Shown here piece after piece: positions 17,501 to 27,393 of a stretch of 57,698 nt of DNA. Origin of the DNA: a virus (taxonomy: Duplodnaviria > Caudoviricetes); the IMG/VR virus record IMGVR_UViG_3300020109_001608, positions 1 to 57,698 of that record; one strand, given 5' to 3'. How positions within the stretch are numbered: the stretch's first letter is position 1; every line of letters starts with the position of its first letter. The position numbers were made by a program, and so were the translations under genes. The notes beneath the pieces were generated by a model. It saw only the letters and a program-made list of their open reading frames with translations. It had not been told where the DNA came from and did not search any database.

Positions 17501-20375
17501 AACCAATAGAGATAATCCAGCATCTGATCCTCAGGAGTCAGTATCATATGCACTTGCAACTCCTGTTGGACAAGTTATACTTGATGATCCAAAACATAGC
17601 ATTACAAAAGAAACAGTTAATAAGACTTTAGATGATGTTAATGTTGGTTTTGGAATTACTAATATCATTTCAAATCTAACTGGGACTGCACATACGATTC
17701 ATACAACCATCGATCATGGATTGAATCGTATCACTTCAGTTAGTATTGGAAATAGTGGAACTGGATATGGAAGTGGATCAGCAGTTTCACTTTACAATGC
17801 ACGTCTGGTAGGATTTGCTGGATCAACAACAGGTAATTATGCGACTGCAAGAATTATTGTTGATGGTATTGGCGGAATCACCGCTGTTAAGATTATGGAT
17901 GGTGGTTCTGCCTATGGAATTGGTAATACTCTTGCTGTCGTAGGTGTTGCAACCACATCTGGATTTGTGCAGGGATACGTCACTGTTACTGATGTCTATG
18001 ACAACACTGGAGACGTAGTTAGAATTACTGGTGTATCTTCTGAATCTCAATCTCACTACAATCAACTCTATAGAATTACTTCTGTTCCTGTTGGATCAAC
18101 AAAGATAGTTAATGTTGCATCTGCATCAACAGTTGGAAATGCAAACACAACTGGAGTTGGTGCTGATCTAACAACAGATGCATTTGGATATATCACTGGT
18201 GAGGCTCTGAATGTAACCTCCCTGATCTATGATAACGTCTCAGGATTAGCAACAGTTACTACGGCACAAAGACATGGACTTCGTGTTGATAATAAAATTC
18301 GTATTTCTGGTGCTGATAATGATTTCTATAATAGAAACTTTATTGTAACTAGAAATACTGATCTGAATAATTTTGTAATGAATATTGGAGTTGGCACTGT
18401 AGCACCTTCAACATCAGGAACTCTCTATGTTTACAGAAATGGTGTTACTTCTAATGAAGGAAATGTAACGATTGAGAATGAAAACATTGGTGGTCGTCAA
18501 GTTGTAGAGTATGCAGGTATCACAACAACACTATCTGCAGTTATTTCAAGTGCTACTGCAACAAACATCGAACTTCAAAATATCTCAACACTTGATGTTA
18601 ATATTGGAGACTATCTGTTAATTGATGACGAACTTGTAAGAGTTAAGACAACTGTAACGACAAATCCAATTTCGGTCTTCAGAGGTGTCCTTGGAACAAG
18701 AGCAACAACTCACCTTATCAATAGCGTTGTAAGAAGAATTCATGTAAATCCTGTTGAATTCAGGAGAAATTCGATTCTTCGTGCATCAGGTCATACGTTT
18801 GAATATCTTGGTTATGGTCCTGGTAACTACTCAACTGCACTTCCAGAGCGTCAAGATCGTCAACTCTCAATAGCAGAAGAGTTCTTATCACAATCAATTA
18901 AGTATGATGGTGGTATCGTTGTTTACACTGGTATGAATAGCGATGGTGACTTCTATATTGGTAATAAAAAAGTCAGCTCTGCAACTGGTCAGGAAGAAGT
19001 CTTTGATGCACCAATTCCTACAATCACTGGTGAAGACCTTGCTCCTACTGGCGTCAGTATTGGATTTGATGTCCTCTCACCACTTGAAGTTTCGATCAGT
19101 CGTTCACTAAGAGTTGAAGGTGGTCCAGACAACAATATCATCTCTGAGTTTGATGGTCCTGTTATTCTGAACAACAAACTGACTTCCACATCTGATAAAG
19201 GTATGGAAGCAGCATCGATCTTCCTACAAGGCGATGCAACAGTTTCTAGAAAGTATACTGTTGGTATTTCAACTCCATCACTTGCAGGAAACCCAGGAGA
19301 TATTGTTTATAATGCAAATCCATCCAAAGGTGAATATCTTGGTTGGGTATACACCAATGAAAACGATTGGTATCGTTTTGGTAATGTAAGTCTATCACAG
19401 AGTAGCAATATTGTACTCTTTGATCAGGTTGGTATTGGAACAACATCTGTTGGAAACCTAACACTCAAAGTTGGATCTGGTTCTTCTGAATTTTCCGTGA
19501 ATGGGTCTGGTGAAGTTGGTGTTGGAACAACATCAACACAAGGATATAAGATGTATGTGAATGGTTTAGTTTATGGACAATTTGTTGGTGATGGCGCTGG
19601 ACTTACAAACCTTGATAGTATTTGGGTTGCGGACTATACAAACACTTGGATTTACACCAGAGACAATACAGATCACAAGGTTGGCATTGGTACTACAATT
19701 GGAGTCACTGCACAACTACAAATTGCTGGAACTGCTGCAACATCTCTGTATGTTACAAATGGATCACGTTTTATTTCAACTGCAACATTTGAAACAGAGG
19801 TATCAGTTGGTGGAACACTTACATCAACTAAGTTTAGGTTAGATGGTCCAACAAATGGATACATTCGCTCTGGAGTTACAACGTCTAACATCATTAACGT
19901 TGGAACTGGTGGGACTGTATTTAATGCTGTAGCTTCAACTGGAAATGTTGGTATTGGAACCTCAGTTTCAAGATCTAATCTTGATGTTGAAGGTAGAGTC
20001 AGACTCAAGACATACCATGAGCATGTACATGCGGTTACAAGCTCTTCAAATGTTGTAACGATTGACCTTTCTGAAGCACAGAACTTTACTCTCACAGTCA
20101 CACAAAATGTAAATCAGTTTACGATTATAAATGTTCCCTCCGAATCAAGTTCTTTCACCATCAAGATTACTCAAGATTCTACTGGTAATCGCGCAGTTGG
20201 AATTGATACTTTCAAAACTTCTGGTGGTGTAGATATTCCTGTTTATTGGCCAGGTGGTGGAGTTCTCCCAATTGTCACACCTACTGCAAACAGATCTGAT
20301 ATCTATTCTTATAAAACATTTGATGGTGGCGGCACTTTCTATGGTGTTGTTGGCGGTCAAAATTTCCTTAACTGA
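14541..20375 (+). CDS. Large tail-fibre/baseplate-associated structural protein (1944 aa)
   Basis: MPLSRLDNFLKN..ILYVNP..D...NQGNSLTRPFKTIQRAL N-terminus of cyanophage beta-helix structural proteins; VGIGT fibre motifs; C-terminal IKITQD..GNR..YWPGG domain. Confidence 0.75.
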   Translation: MPLSRLDNFLKNARGNILYVNPNDLDATDSIENQGNSLTRPFKTIQRALIEASRFSYQRGLDNDRFGQTTILVYPGDHLIDNRPGWIPDGTNSFKLRNGTTSSDFSQFDLSTNFDLTTDGNALYKLNSIYGGVIIPRGTSLVGLDLRKTKIRPKYIPNPTNDNIERSAIFRVTGACYFWQFSILDGNPSGIVYKDYTTNTFVPNFSHHKLTCFEYADGKNPVDIDDAFLTYSTTRTDLDMYYEKVGLVYGPSSGREIEPDYPSSSLDIQPKIDEYRIVGPTGGEVGISSIRAGDGTTSSTIITVTTNEAFEEVAVDTAIQINGVTATGYNGQYVVSDVVSSTEFKYNVSFAPANPLPTPTGSTVNLSVDTISSASPYIFNISLRSVFGMCGLHADGDKVDGFKSMVVAQFTGIGLQKDDNAYVKYDPNSGTYKDSTYAGNENLHSDSLAVYKPTYENYHIKCSNNSLLQIVSVFAIGFAQHFVGDTGGDQSITNSNSNFGSKSLIASGFRKEAFQRDDVGYITHIIPPKELTTSNINIEFDAIDVATTVGVASTNRLYLYNRTNQDVIPDNVIEGYRIGAKENDLLKCLISQGGSATEYSARIVIPNTQFTSEEVTSEKKFIIGRSAGINSISSNVITLTRPHSFIQGESVRFLSDSGQLPDGLESNRIYYTITSGISSNQIKVAKTLNDALNGQQLTINDKGGRISVVSRVSDKNSGDTGHPIQYDYSQGQWYINVATAATDNNLYSTIVSLGTTTLGAATPRTYITRQPDTRNLGDTIYKLRYVIPAGSGITSARPPIDGFVIQESNDTTGATNTEVQTYFSSTTVSLTNISEQRNFKFIANATWDGTHAYYQTELPHNLSVGSVVEVLNVTSTNNTTGIASVGFNNTFSVIGISSTKSFHVALGDNPGTFTNDTTNRTTALPKFSRKRFNDTYYIYRSQEIQKYVPGEQDGVYHLVVLNASNKPTVTPFSGQNFSQPVQNLYPQTNRDNPASDPQESVSYALATPVGQVILDDPKHSITKETVNKTLDDVNVGFGITNIISNLTGTAHTIHTTIDHGLNRITSVSIGNSGTGYGSGSAVSLYNARLVGFAGSTTGNYATARIIVDGIGGITAVKIMDGGSAYGIGNTLAVVGVATTSGFVQGYVTVTDVYDNTGDVVRITGVSSESQSHYNQLYRITSVPVGSTKIVNVASASTVGNANTTGVGADLTTDAFGYITGEALNVTSLIYDNVSGLATVTTAQRHGLRVDNKIRISGADNDFYNRNFIVTRNTDLNNFVMNIGVGTVAPSTSGTLYVYRNGVTSNEGNVTIENENIGGRQVVEYAGITTTLSAVISSATATNIELQNISTLDVNIGDYLLIDDELVRVKTTVTTNPISVFRGVLGTRATTHLINSVVRRIHVNPVEFRRNSILRASGHTFEYLGYGPGNYSTALPERQDRQLSIAEEFLSQSIKYDGGIVVYTGMNSDGDFYIGNKKVSSATGQEEVFDAPIPTITGEDLAPTGVSIGFDVLSPLEVSISRSLRVEGGPDNNIISEFDGPVILNNKLTSTSDKGMEAASIFLQGDATVSRKYTVGISTPSLAGNPGDIVYNANPSKGEYLGWVYTNENDWYRFGNVSLSQSSNIVLFDQVGIGTTSVGNLTLKVGSGSSEFSVNGSGEVGVGTTSTQGYKMYVNGLVYGQFVGDGAGLTNLDSIWVADYTNTWIYTRDNTDHKVGIGTTIGVTAQLQIAGTAATSLYVTNGSRFISTATFETEVSVGGTLTSTKFRLDGPTNGYIRSGVTTSNIINVGTGGTVFNAVASTGNVGIGTSVSRSNLDVEGRVRLKTYHEHVHAVTSSSNVVTIDLSEAQNFTLTVTQNVNQFTIINVPSESSSFTIKITQDSTGNRAVGIDTFKTSGGVDIPVYWPGGGVLPIVTPTANRSDIYSYKTFDGGGTFYGVVGGQNFLN

Positions 20376-20386
20376 GGCGATAGTAA

Positions 20387-23300
20387 ATGATTAATTTTAA
20401 TAATCAGCAAACAAGTTTAGATCTTAACGGTCCAATTCTCTCTTTTACTTTACAACCTTCTAGTGTAACAGTTTGTGCAGGATTAGCAGCAACTTTTACT
20501 GGAGTTGCAACAGCTATCTTCCCAACTCAAACACCTAATAATCCAGCAACAAACACAGGATTTGTAACCTATCGTTGGTATGATCAAAATGGACCATTGT
20601 TTGATGATCCCCCTGGTGCTGGGCAAGGTGGTTTAACAATTAGTGGAGCTGGAACCACAGTTTTAACTCTATATGGTAACACACGTTCTCGCAACATATA
20701 CTTATCAGCTGATTATGTTCCTTCTGCATATGGTGTTATTGGTGTCGCAGTAACTGTTGGAAGTGCTCGCTCAACTGGTAATGCTGTTAATGAATTCTTC
20801 GCTAGCAACACAGTTTCATTAAATGTAAATCCAAATATTTCTATCACAACACAGCCATCTGATGTTTCAGTTGCTCCAAGTCAGAATGCACAATTTTCTA
20901 CTCTTGCAACTGCGACAGATGGAACTCCTGTATCATATCAATGGTTTTTAAATGGAGTTAGTCTTTCAGATACAACATCAGGTACAACACAACAAACAGT
21001 ACCAGTTTCTGCTAAAATTAATGTTACTCCTCTTCGAACAACTGCTTTTTTAGATAATACGAAAGTAATAGATTTTAGTCAGACATTAGTTTACAATCAA
21101 TTTGTACCACGAGGAGAGTATACTCTTACTTCAGACTCGAATGTACTTGTAAGAGTGATTGCCGTTGGTGGAAGTGGTGGTAGAAGTGGAGAAAGAGACT
21201 TTGCTGGAGGATCGGGAGGCATATCTATTGGTTATCTTACAATGTATGCTGGCACAGTATACAGACTTTTAGTTGGAGGTCCGGGAGATCATGGTAGTAG
21301 AGGTTCTTATGGTGGAGGAACTTTTTTAAGACAAACAGGTGGTAATGCAAAATCACGCGATGGTGCTTATCCTGGCGGAGGAGGAGGTGGAGGTCTTACA
21401 GGACTTTATTTTAATCATCAATATGAAAATCTTTTTCTTACTAGTAGGATCTCATCGAACGCCAATTCTGCTACAATCATAATTGCTGGTGGTGGTGGTG
21501 GTGCATCTAACTCTGCTGAAGGTGGTGCTGGTGGTGGATTGACTGGAGGAGATCCCAGTGGAACAAATGGAGGAACTGGAGGAACTCAAAGTGCAGGGGG
21601 AACGGGAGGAACTGGTATCGCATTTAATGGATCTGCTGGATCTGATGGATTTATTCTAGCTGTAGGTGGTGGAGTAAAACCAAGTGGTGGTGATGGGGTA
21701 GCTGGTGGAGGTGGAGGATATTATGGAGGTGGTGGAGGAGGAGCGCACGATGTATGTTGTGCTGATGGAGCTGGCGGTGGAGGGTCTGGTTATCTTAACC
21801 TAAGCTATCTTGACAGCTCATATGCAAACACAATTACAAATGGAGTTCGTGGCGGAGGAGGTGGAAGTCAAATTCCAGGACAACTCTCAGTTCCTGCTAC
21901 TGGAGGATCTTTTCAAATTGAACTTGTATCAACAACATCATCTGCAAATATCGCAGTTAATGGATCAACCTCTCCAAATCTAACATTATCATCTAACTCT
22001 GAGGGATTAAATCAAGTTCAATGCGTGGTGAGTCATCCAACAGCATGTAACTCACCCATCCTGTCTCGTACAGCGAACTTCCAAGTTCGCTCACCAAGAC
22101 AATTCATGAACTTTGAGTCTATTGTTTCATCTAGTTCTGCTATTTTAAATTCTATTAATCTTTTTGGTAATACAATTGTAATTGGTGGAGAAGGTGGAAG
22201 GTGGTCAGGTGCAGAAATATTTTTACCGCGCAATTTAATTTCTTTTTATGCACCAGAACGTGAAGTTAGAGTTCGGATGGAATTGCATGGTGGTTCTGGA
22301 TCTGATTCTGGATCCTATTTGGGTGGACGTGGTGGTTTTTCCGTAATTCAATTTACCATGAAGAAAAATGAAGAATATGTATTTGCAGGTTTGAATGCAA
22401 CTTCTCCTGGAATTTTCTTATATAGAAAGTCAAGTTTAATTGCAAGTATTGGTAATGGTGGTGATGCCTCATCTTCTGGAAATGGTGGAAACGGTGGAGG
22501 TATAGGTATTGCTGGGGAAACAGGAGGCGGCAAAGGAGGTGGAACTGGTGGAATATCTTATGCACCAGGCACACTTCCTTCAAGTGGAGGTATTTTTGGA
22601 TCTCTAAGTAGTTTTAAATCAACGAATGGAGCTGACTCAATAGCTGAAGCGCCTTTGGGTGGTAGAGCACTTCCATGTCCAAGAGGAAATCAAACAGTCT
22701 CTCCATGCACAGATCTTGGAATTTCTAAATTTTTATGGGGTCAATCATCTCCAATTTTAAACACCGCTGAAATTGATCGCGGATTTAAACAAGGTTATGG
22801 TATTCGTGATACCCCTGGACGCGGTATTTCTGGTGGTGGAAATGGTGGTGGAGGAACAACTGGTGGCGCAGGTGGAAGTGCAGGAGGAGGTGGAGGGGGT
22901 AGTGGATACACTGATGGATCAGTAACTGTTGGACCATCTTACTTGGGAAGAAGTGCTTTTCGCGCCGCTACAGTTATTATCTTCTTAGCACCAGTTACCC
23001 CAGTTACCCCAGTTACCCCTCCTATATGTATTCCTATTTCAATATCCTCAGTATATGGAACTGGTTTCCAAGGAATTATTCTTTATGCAGATGGTACACG
23101 ACAAACCGCTCCTAATCAATCCACTTCATTCATCACAGCAGGAAAAACATCGCTATCTAGCGTTTCATTCACTAACCCTAATGATGTAACAAGCACTTAT
23201 GGAGTGCTGTTTGATAATATTATTGGTTATTATAGAGATATTCTTCAAAGATATCCAGATGCGCCTGGATTTGATTTTTGGGTTCAAGAGTTTGTATCAA

Positions 23301-23437
23301 GTTTAGGTGGTTATACAAGTTTTGACGTTTTACGATCTGCAATTGTTTCAGCCGCTACCACAAATGGTGAATTAACAACTCTAGCACTTAAAGGAGGAAT
23401 AGTTGGAGTTTACGATAGTTGCAATAAACTTATATAA
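20387..23437 (+). CDS. Ig-like plus glycine-rich fibre/adhesin protein with DUF4214-like C-terminus
   Basis: ITTQPSDVSV..A.F...SYQWFLNG (Ig I-set-like); two polyglycine domains; YYRDILQRYPDAPGFDFWV. Confidence 0.65.
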   Translation: MINFNNQQTSLDLNGPILSFTLQPSSVTVCAGLAATFTGVATAIFPTQTPNNPATNTGFVTYRWYDQNGPLFDDPPGAGQGGLTISGAGTTVLTLYGNTRSRNIYLSADYVPSAYGVIGVAVTVGSARSTGNAVNEFFASNTVSLNVNPNISITTQPSDVSVAPSQNAQFSTLATATDGTPVSYQWFLNGVSLSDTTSGTTQQTVPVSAKINVTPLRTTAFLDNTKVIDFSQTLVYNQFVPRGEYTLTSDSNVLVRVIAVGGSGGRSGERDFAGGSGGISIGYLTMYAGTVYRLLVGGPGDHGSRGSYGGGTFLRQTGGNAKSRDGAYPGGGGGGGLTGLYFNHQYENLFLTSRISSNANSATIIIAGGGGGASNSAEGGAGGGLTGGDPSGTNGGTGGTQSAGGTGGTGIAFNGSAGSDGFILAVGGGVKPSGGDGVAGGGGGYYGGGGGGAHDVCCADGAGGGGSGYLNLSYLDSSYANTITNGVRGGGGGSQIPGQLSVPATGGSFQIELVSTTSSANIAVNGSTSPNLTLSSNSEGLNQVQCVVSHPTACNSPILSRTANFQVRSPRQFMNFESIVSSSSAILNSINLFGNTIVIGGEGGRWSGAEIFLPRNLISFYAPEREVRVRMELHGGSGSDSGSYLGGRGGFSVIQFTMKKNEEYVFAGLNATSPGIFLYRKSSLIASIGNGGDASSSGNGGNGGGIGIAGETGGGKGGGTGGISYAPGTLPSSGGIFGSLSSFKSTNGADSIAEAPLGGRALPCPRGNQTVSPCTDLGISKFLWGQSSPILNTAEIDRGFKQGYGIRDTPGRGISGGGNGGGGTTGGAGGSAGGGGGGSGYTDGSVTVGPSYLGRSAFRAATVIIFLAPVTPVTPVTPPICIPISISSVYGTGFQGIILYADGTRQTAPNQSTSFITAGKTSLSSVSFTNPNDVTSTYGVLFDNIIGYYRDILQRYPDAPGFDFWVQEFVSSLGGYTSFDVLRSAIVSAATTNGELTTLALKGGIVGVYDSCNKLI
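22991..23017 (+). repeat. 9-nt tandem repeat x3 (CCAGTTACC; PVT linker)
   Basis: Three exact copies. Confidence 0.9.
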
Positions 23438-23443
23438 TAAATA
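23438..23443 (+). promoter_or_regulatory. Late promoter TAAATA
   Basis: ATAAATA directly after the stop, upstream of 23472. Confidence 0.65.
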
Positions 23444-23471
23444 ATAAAAAAAGGGTGGAGAGTGAAACCCA

Positions 23472-25214
23472 ATGGCTGTTAATAAGAATTTCGTTGTTAA
23501 GAATGGTCTTGAGGTAAACACTAGGCTCATTCTTGCAAACGCAAATACCAACAAAGTTGGTATCGGATCTACAGGACCAAGATTTGAATTAGATGTTGCA
23601 GGAGGAATCGGTGCTACTGATGTTTATGTCAGTGGTATTGCAACAGTCATTGGTGAATTTAACATAGGTTTGAATGGAACAACTTTAACAGGTGTTGGAG
23701 GTTCTGTTGGTATTGGAACTGCAACACCTGGTTTCTTATTAGATGTTCGCTCTCCAGTATCAACAGGGCAAACAGCACTTTATGTTCAAGGCGATGTAAG
23801 AATCACAGGTGATTTATCTGTTGATGATATTGTTTTTGATCAAGCAACAATCAACAATCTTACAGTTTCTCAAGGAACTCAGACTCAGTTTTTAACAGTA
23901 ACTGGAGTTTCAACTTATAATGGAAACTTAGATATCAATGCTGCTGTAGATGTTTCAGGAACATTAAATGTTGGCGGCGCAACAACTATTGGTGGATATT
24001 TTGATGTAAATGCAGCATCAGATCTGTCTGGAACTTTAAATGTTGGCGGCGCAACAACCATCGGTGGTTACGTTGATATCAATAATAGTATTGACGCAAG
24101 TGGAACACTTAATGTAGGAGGAGCAACAACTATTGGTGGATATTTTGATGTAAATGCAGCATCAGATCTGTCTGGAACTTTAAATGTTGGCGGCGCAACA
24201 ACTATTGGTGGATATTTAGATGTTAATTCAGATACTGATATTAATGGTACTCTTAAAGTCAGTGGAATCACAACTCTAGGAACAGTTAAAATTGCTTCTG
24301 GTATCGTTACTGCTGCCTCTGGTATTGTTACATATTATGGTGATGGTTCCAAATTAAATGGTGTTATTGGTGGTATTGGAATTAATACTACTGGAGGACT
24401 TGTTGGTTTTGGTGTTACTTATCTTCACTTAAAAGGTAGTGGAGTTTCCACTGCTTTCTATGATTCAAATGCAGGTATTGCTACAATCTTCTTCCAAGGA
24501 GGTGGTGGAGGTGCAACAGTCAGTATTGGAACTCAAGCACCCGTATCTCCAACATCGGGAGATCTTTGGTTTAATAATGATCTTGCAAGAACCTTCATTT
24601 ACTATGATGAAGTTATACTTGGAGTTGGATTAACTGCATTTTGGGTTGATGCTGCACCATTTAACGTTGCAGGAACATATGTAAGTAAGTTTGGTGATAG
24701 TATTCTTGCTGGTCTTGGTGTGACTGTGGGTGCAGCAAGCACTCCAAGCATTTATTTTACTGGTGATGCAACAACTGGGTTCTTCTCACCAGCAGCAGGT
24801 CAATTCACAGTTGTATCTGCTGGTGCATCAGTTCTGAATATCAACCCAAATGGAATTAGTGTCACTGGTATTGTTACTTCCACATCTGTATCTACTGGTA
24901 ATGTTGTTTCATCAGGTATTATTACAGCAACTGATTTTGATTCCTTATCTGATATCAACTATAAGGAAAATATCGCAACAGTTGATAGTGCATTAAGTAA
25001 AGTAGATCAACTTCGCGGTGTGAAGTTTGATTGGAAAGAAAGTGGTCTTCCTTCTTATGGTGTTATCGCACAAGAACTGGAAGAAGTTCTACCAGAACTT
25101 GTACATGGTAGTGATCCTAAGACCGTGAACTATAATGGTATTATTGGTGTTCTGATTGAAGCAATCAAAGAACTCAAAGCAGAGGTTGAAGAATTGAAGT
25201 CAAATCAAAATTGA
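23472..25214 (+). CDS. Tail fibre with C-terminal peptidase S74 intramolecular chaperone
   Basis: MAVNKNFVVKNGLEV start; VGIGT motifs; SDINYKENI..LRGVKFDWK..GVIAQELEEVLPELV..VNYNGIIGVLIEAIKEL. Confidence 0.85.
   Translation: MAVNKNFVVKNGLEVNTRLILANANTNKVGIGSTGPRFELDVAGGIGATDVYVSGIATVIGEFNIGLNGTTLTGVGGSVGIGTATPGFLLDVRSPVSTGQTALYVQGDVRITGDLSVDDIVFDQATINNLTVSQGTQTQFLTVTGVSTYNGNLDINAAVDVSGTLNVGGATTIGGYFDVNAASDLSGTLNVGGATTIGGYVDINNSIDASGTLNVGGATTIGGYFDVNAASDLSGTLNVGGATTIGGYLDVNSDTDINGTLKVSGITTLGTVKIASGIVTAASGIVTYYGDGSKLNGVIGGIGINTTGGLVGFGVTYLHLKGSGVSTAFYDSNAGIATIFFQGGGGGATVSIGTQAPVSPTSGDLWFNNDLARTFIYYDEVILGVGLTAFWVDAAPFNVAGTYVSKFGDSILAGLGVTVGAASTPSIYFTGDATTGFFSPAAGQFTVVSAGASVLNINPNGISVTGIVTSTSVSTGNVVSSGIITATDFDSLSDINYKENIATVDSALSKVDQLRGVKFDWKESGLPSYGVIAQELEEVLPELVHGSDPKTVNYNGIIGVLIEAIKELKAEVEELKSNQN
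23955..24242 (+). repeat. 72-nt (24 aa) tandem coding repeat x4
   Basis: SGTLNVGGATTIGGY(F/V/L)D units starting at 23955, 24027, 24099 and 24171. Confidence 0.9.
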
Positions 25215-25276
25215 CTTTTAATTTCATTTTAGACCCCAAAAAATCCCGGCAAATTTTTGCCTCTATTACTTTTTTC

Positions 25277-25282
25277 TAAATA
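25277..25282 (+). promoter_or_regulatory. Late promoter TAAATA
   Basis: CTAAATA upstream of 25307. Confidence 0.65.
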
Positions 25283-25306
25283 ACTAAAAGCCGAGTGTAA
25301 ACGAAG

Positions 25307-26212
25307 ATGGCGATTAAGATTTCAGGAACTACTGTAATTGACGACAGTAGGAATATACAAAATATTGGTATAGCAACTGCAACGTCCTTCAAAGGTAGTT
25401 CTCAAGTCGGTGTCGCCACCGGTGGAACATACATTGGATTAGCGACACAATTCAACTTTGTTGGTTCTGGAATTGCGATCACTCATGCGTACAGTAGTAC
25501 ATCAGGAATCACAACGGTTACATTCACTTCTTCTTCCACTGGAGGTAGTGGTGGTTCGGGATTATTCAACACAGGCATCACAACATCTGTTGCATATGCA
25601 GTTACCAATTCAATGGCTACTGCATATACTGCACCAGCAACCGCAGGAAACGAACATATCGTCCATTCAATTCATATTACAAACATTGATGGTGTAAATA
25701 GCGCAGACATCAGTGGACAGATGTATGCAGGTCAATATTCCATTGCAAATACAGTTCCAGTTCCTGCTGGTTCATCAGTAGAACTTTTAAAGCAACCAAA
25801 AATTCTTGCAGCTAGCGAAATAATAGAACTTCAAGCAAGTGCAAATAGTGCATTACACGCAACCATCACCATTGAGACAAAAGCAGGTGATGTAACATTT
25901 ATAGGTGTAGGTACTGATATAACTGCTGCAACAACTTATACTGATCTTTTGACTGCAACAGCAAACTCAATGCTTCAAGGTATTCTACTTGCAAATGATG
26001 ACGGTACAAATGATGTAAAAGCAAGAGTTGTATGGACTGATGGAAGTAATAATATTCAAGGATACTATGCTTATGATATGGTTATTCCTGCTGATGCAAC
26101 AGTAGAAGTTCTTGAACAACCAAAGTTCTTACCAAGTGGATTTAAAGTTCGTGTTTATGCAAACCAAGCAAACAGACTAGAAGCGATTTTGTCTGGTAGA
26201 ACCATTACCTGA
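25307..26212 (+). CDS. Fibre-associated adaptor protein with two tandem beta domains
   Basis: MAIKISGTTVIDDSRNI start; duplicated motif VPAGSSVELLKQPKIL / IPADATVEVLEQPKFL. Confidence 0.6.
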   Translation: MAIKISGTTVIDDSRNIQNIGIATATSFKGSSQVGVATGGTYIGLATQFNFVGSGIAITHAYSSTSGITTVTFTSSSTGGSGGSGLFNTGITTSVAYAVTNSMATAYTAPATAGNEHIVHSIHITNIDGVNSADISGQMYAGQYSIANTVPVPAGSSVELLKQPKILAASEIIELQASANSALHATITIETKAGDVTFIGVGTDITAATTYTDLLTATANSMLQGILLANDDGTNDVKARVVWTDGSNNIQGYYAYDMVIPADATVEVLEQPKFLPSGFKVRVYANQANRLEAILSGRTIT

Positions 26213-26224
26213 TAGGAGAATATC

Positions 26225-27361
26225 ATGGCTGCAACAACTAGAAAAGGTGTTTGGGACTTACAACAGGTTAGAGATCAGTATCTTGCTGGGGAATGGGAAC
26301 AACAGTTTCAATTATTTGCATGGGGGATTAATAATTTTGGTCAATTAGGGCAAAACAATATAACTTATTATTCGTCACCAATACAAATTCCAGGAACACA
26401 GTGGAGTTCAGTTTCTGGATCTTATGCTGCATCAGCATTTAAAACTGATGGAACATTATGGGTATGGGGACGAAATGATTATGGTGGATTAGGTCTAAAT
26501 GATACAGTAAGACGTTCATCACCTGTTCAAATTCCAGGAACACAGTGGAGTACTTCTAATGGTGGTGTTTACAATATGTACGCAACCAAAACTGATGGAA
26601 CACTGTGGGCATGGGGTTATAATGGACTTGGACAGTTAGGACAAAATAACAGAGTAGATTATTCATCACCAACACAAATTCCAGGAACACAGTGGAATAA
26701 AATACAAGTAGGGACTTATACTGATTATAGTGTTATTGCAACCAAAACTGATGGAACACTATGGATGTGGGGTGAGGGTGCTAGTGGGCGTTTAGGACAA
26801 AATGATGTAGCAAATCGTTCATCACCAGTACAAATTCCAGGAACACAATGGAATAATATTGGGAAGGGACAATCTTTTACGTTTGCAACCAAAACTGATG
26901 GAACCTTGTGGATATGGGGAAATAATATTGAAGGACAACTGGGACAAAATAATCGAGCGAATTATTCGTCACCACGACAAATTCCAGGCACACAGTGGAA
27001 TTTAGTAGATGGTGGAGGTCAACATTCATTAGCAACCAAAACTGATGGAACATTATGGGCATGGGGTTATAATCCTTATGGAGAACTGGGACAAAATACT
27101 GGTGCAAATCGTTCATCACCAGTACAAATTCCAGGGACACAGTGGGCACTTGATGCAAATTCTATTAATGGATTGTATGAGGGATGTGCTGCACGTAAAA
27201 CTGATGGAACATTATGGGCATGGGGAAGAAATATTTATGGAATGATGGGACAAAATAATACAACAGATCATTCATCACCAAGACAAATTCCAGGAACACA
27301 ATGGATTGCAGTAACTGGTAATACTTATGAAGTCATAGCAATCAAATCTCTTGTAAACTAA
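26225..27361 (+). CDS. RCC1/BLIP-II-like 7-bladed beta-propeller, short type 1
   Basis: Seven ~50 aa repeats ATKTDGTLWxWGxNxxGQLGQN..SSPxQIPGTQW; N-terminal GVWDL peptide. Confidence 0.88.
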   Translation: MAATTRKGVWDLQQVRDQYLAGEWEQQFQLFAWGINNFGQLGQNNITYYSSPIQIPGTQWSSVSGSYAASAFKTDGTLWVWGRNDYGGLGLNDTVRRSSPVQIPGTQWSTSNGGVYNMYATKTDGTLWAWGYNGLGQLGQNNRVDYSSPTQIPGTQWNKIQVGTYTDYSVIATKTDGTLWMWGEGASGRLGQNDVANRSSPVQIPGTQWNNIGKGQSFTFATKTDGTLWIWGNNIEGQLGQNNRANYSSPRQIPGTQWNLVDGGGQHSLATKTDGTLWAWGYNPYGELGQNTGANRSSPVQIPGTQWALDANSINGLYEGCAARKTDGTLWAWGRNIYGMMGQNNTTDHSSPRQIPGTQWIAVTGNTYEVIAIKSLVN

Positions 27362-27364
27362 ACT

Positions 27365-27372
27365 TATAAATA
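27365..27372 (+). promoter_or_regulatory. Late promoter TATAAATA (full T4 consensus)
   Basis: Exact TATAAATA upstream of 27394. Confidence 0.75.
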
Positions 27373-27393
27373 CTTTTAAAGTTTCACATACCG

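Noticed and set aside
21160-22920. Collagen-like repeats
   Set aside because: The glycine runs are GGGG/GGxGG polyglycine, not Gly-X-Y triplets
25211-25240. Sigma70 promoter from TTGACT at 25211
   Set aside because: No -10 hexamer at 16-18 nt spacing
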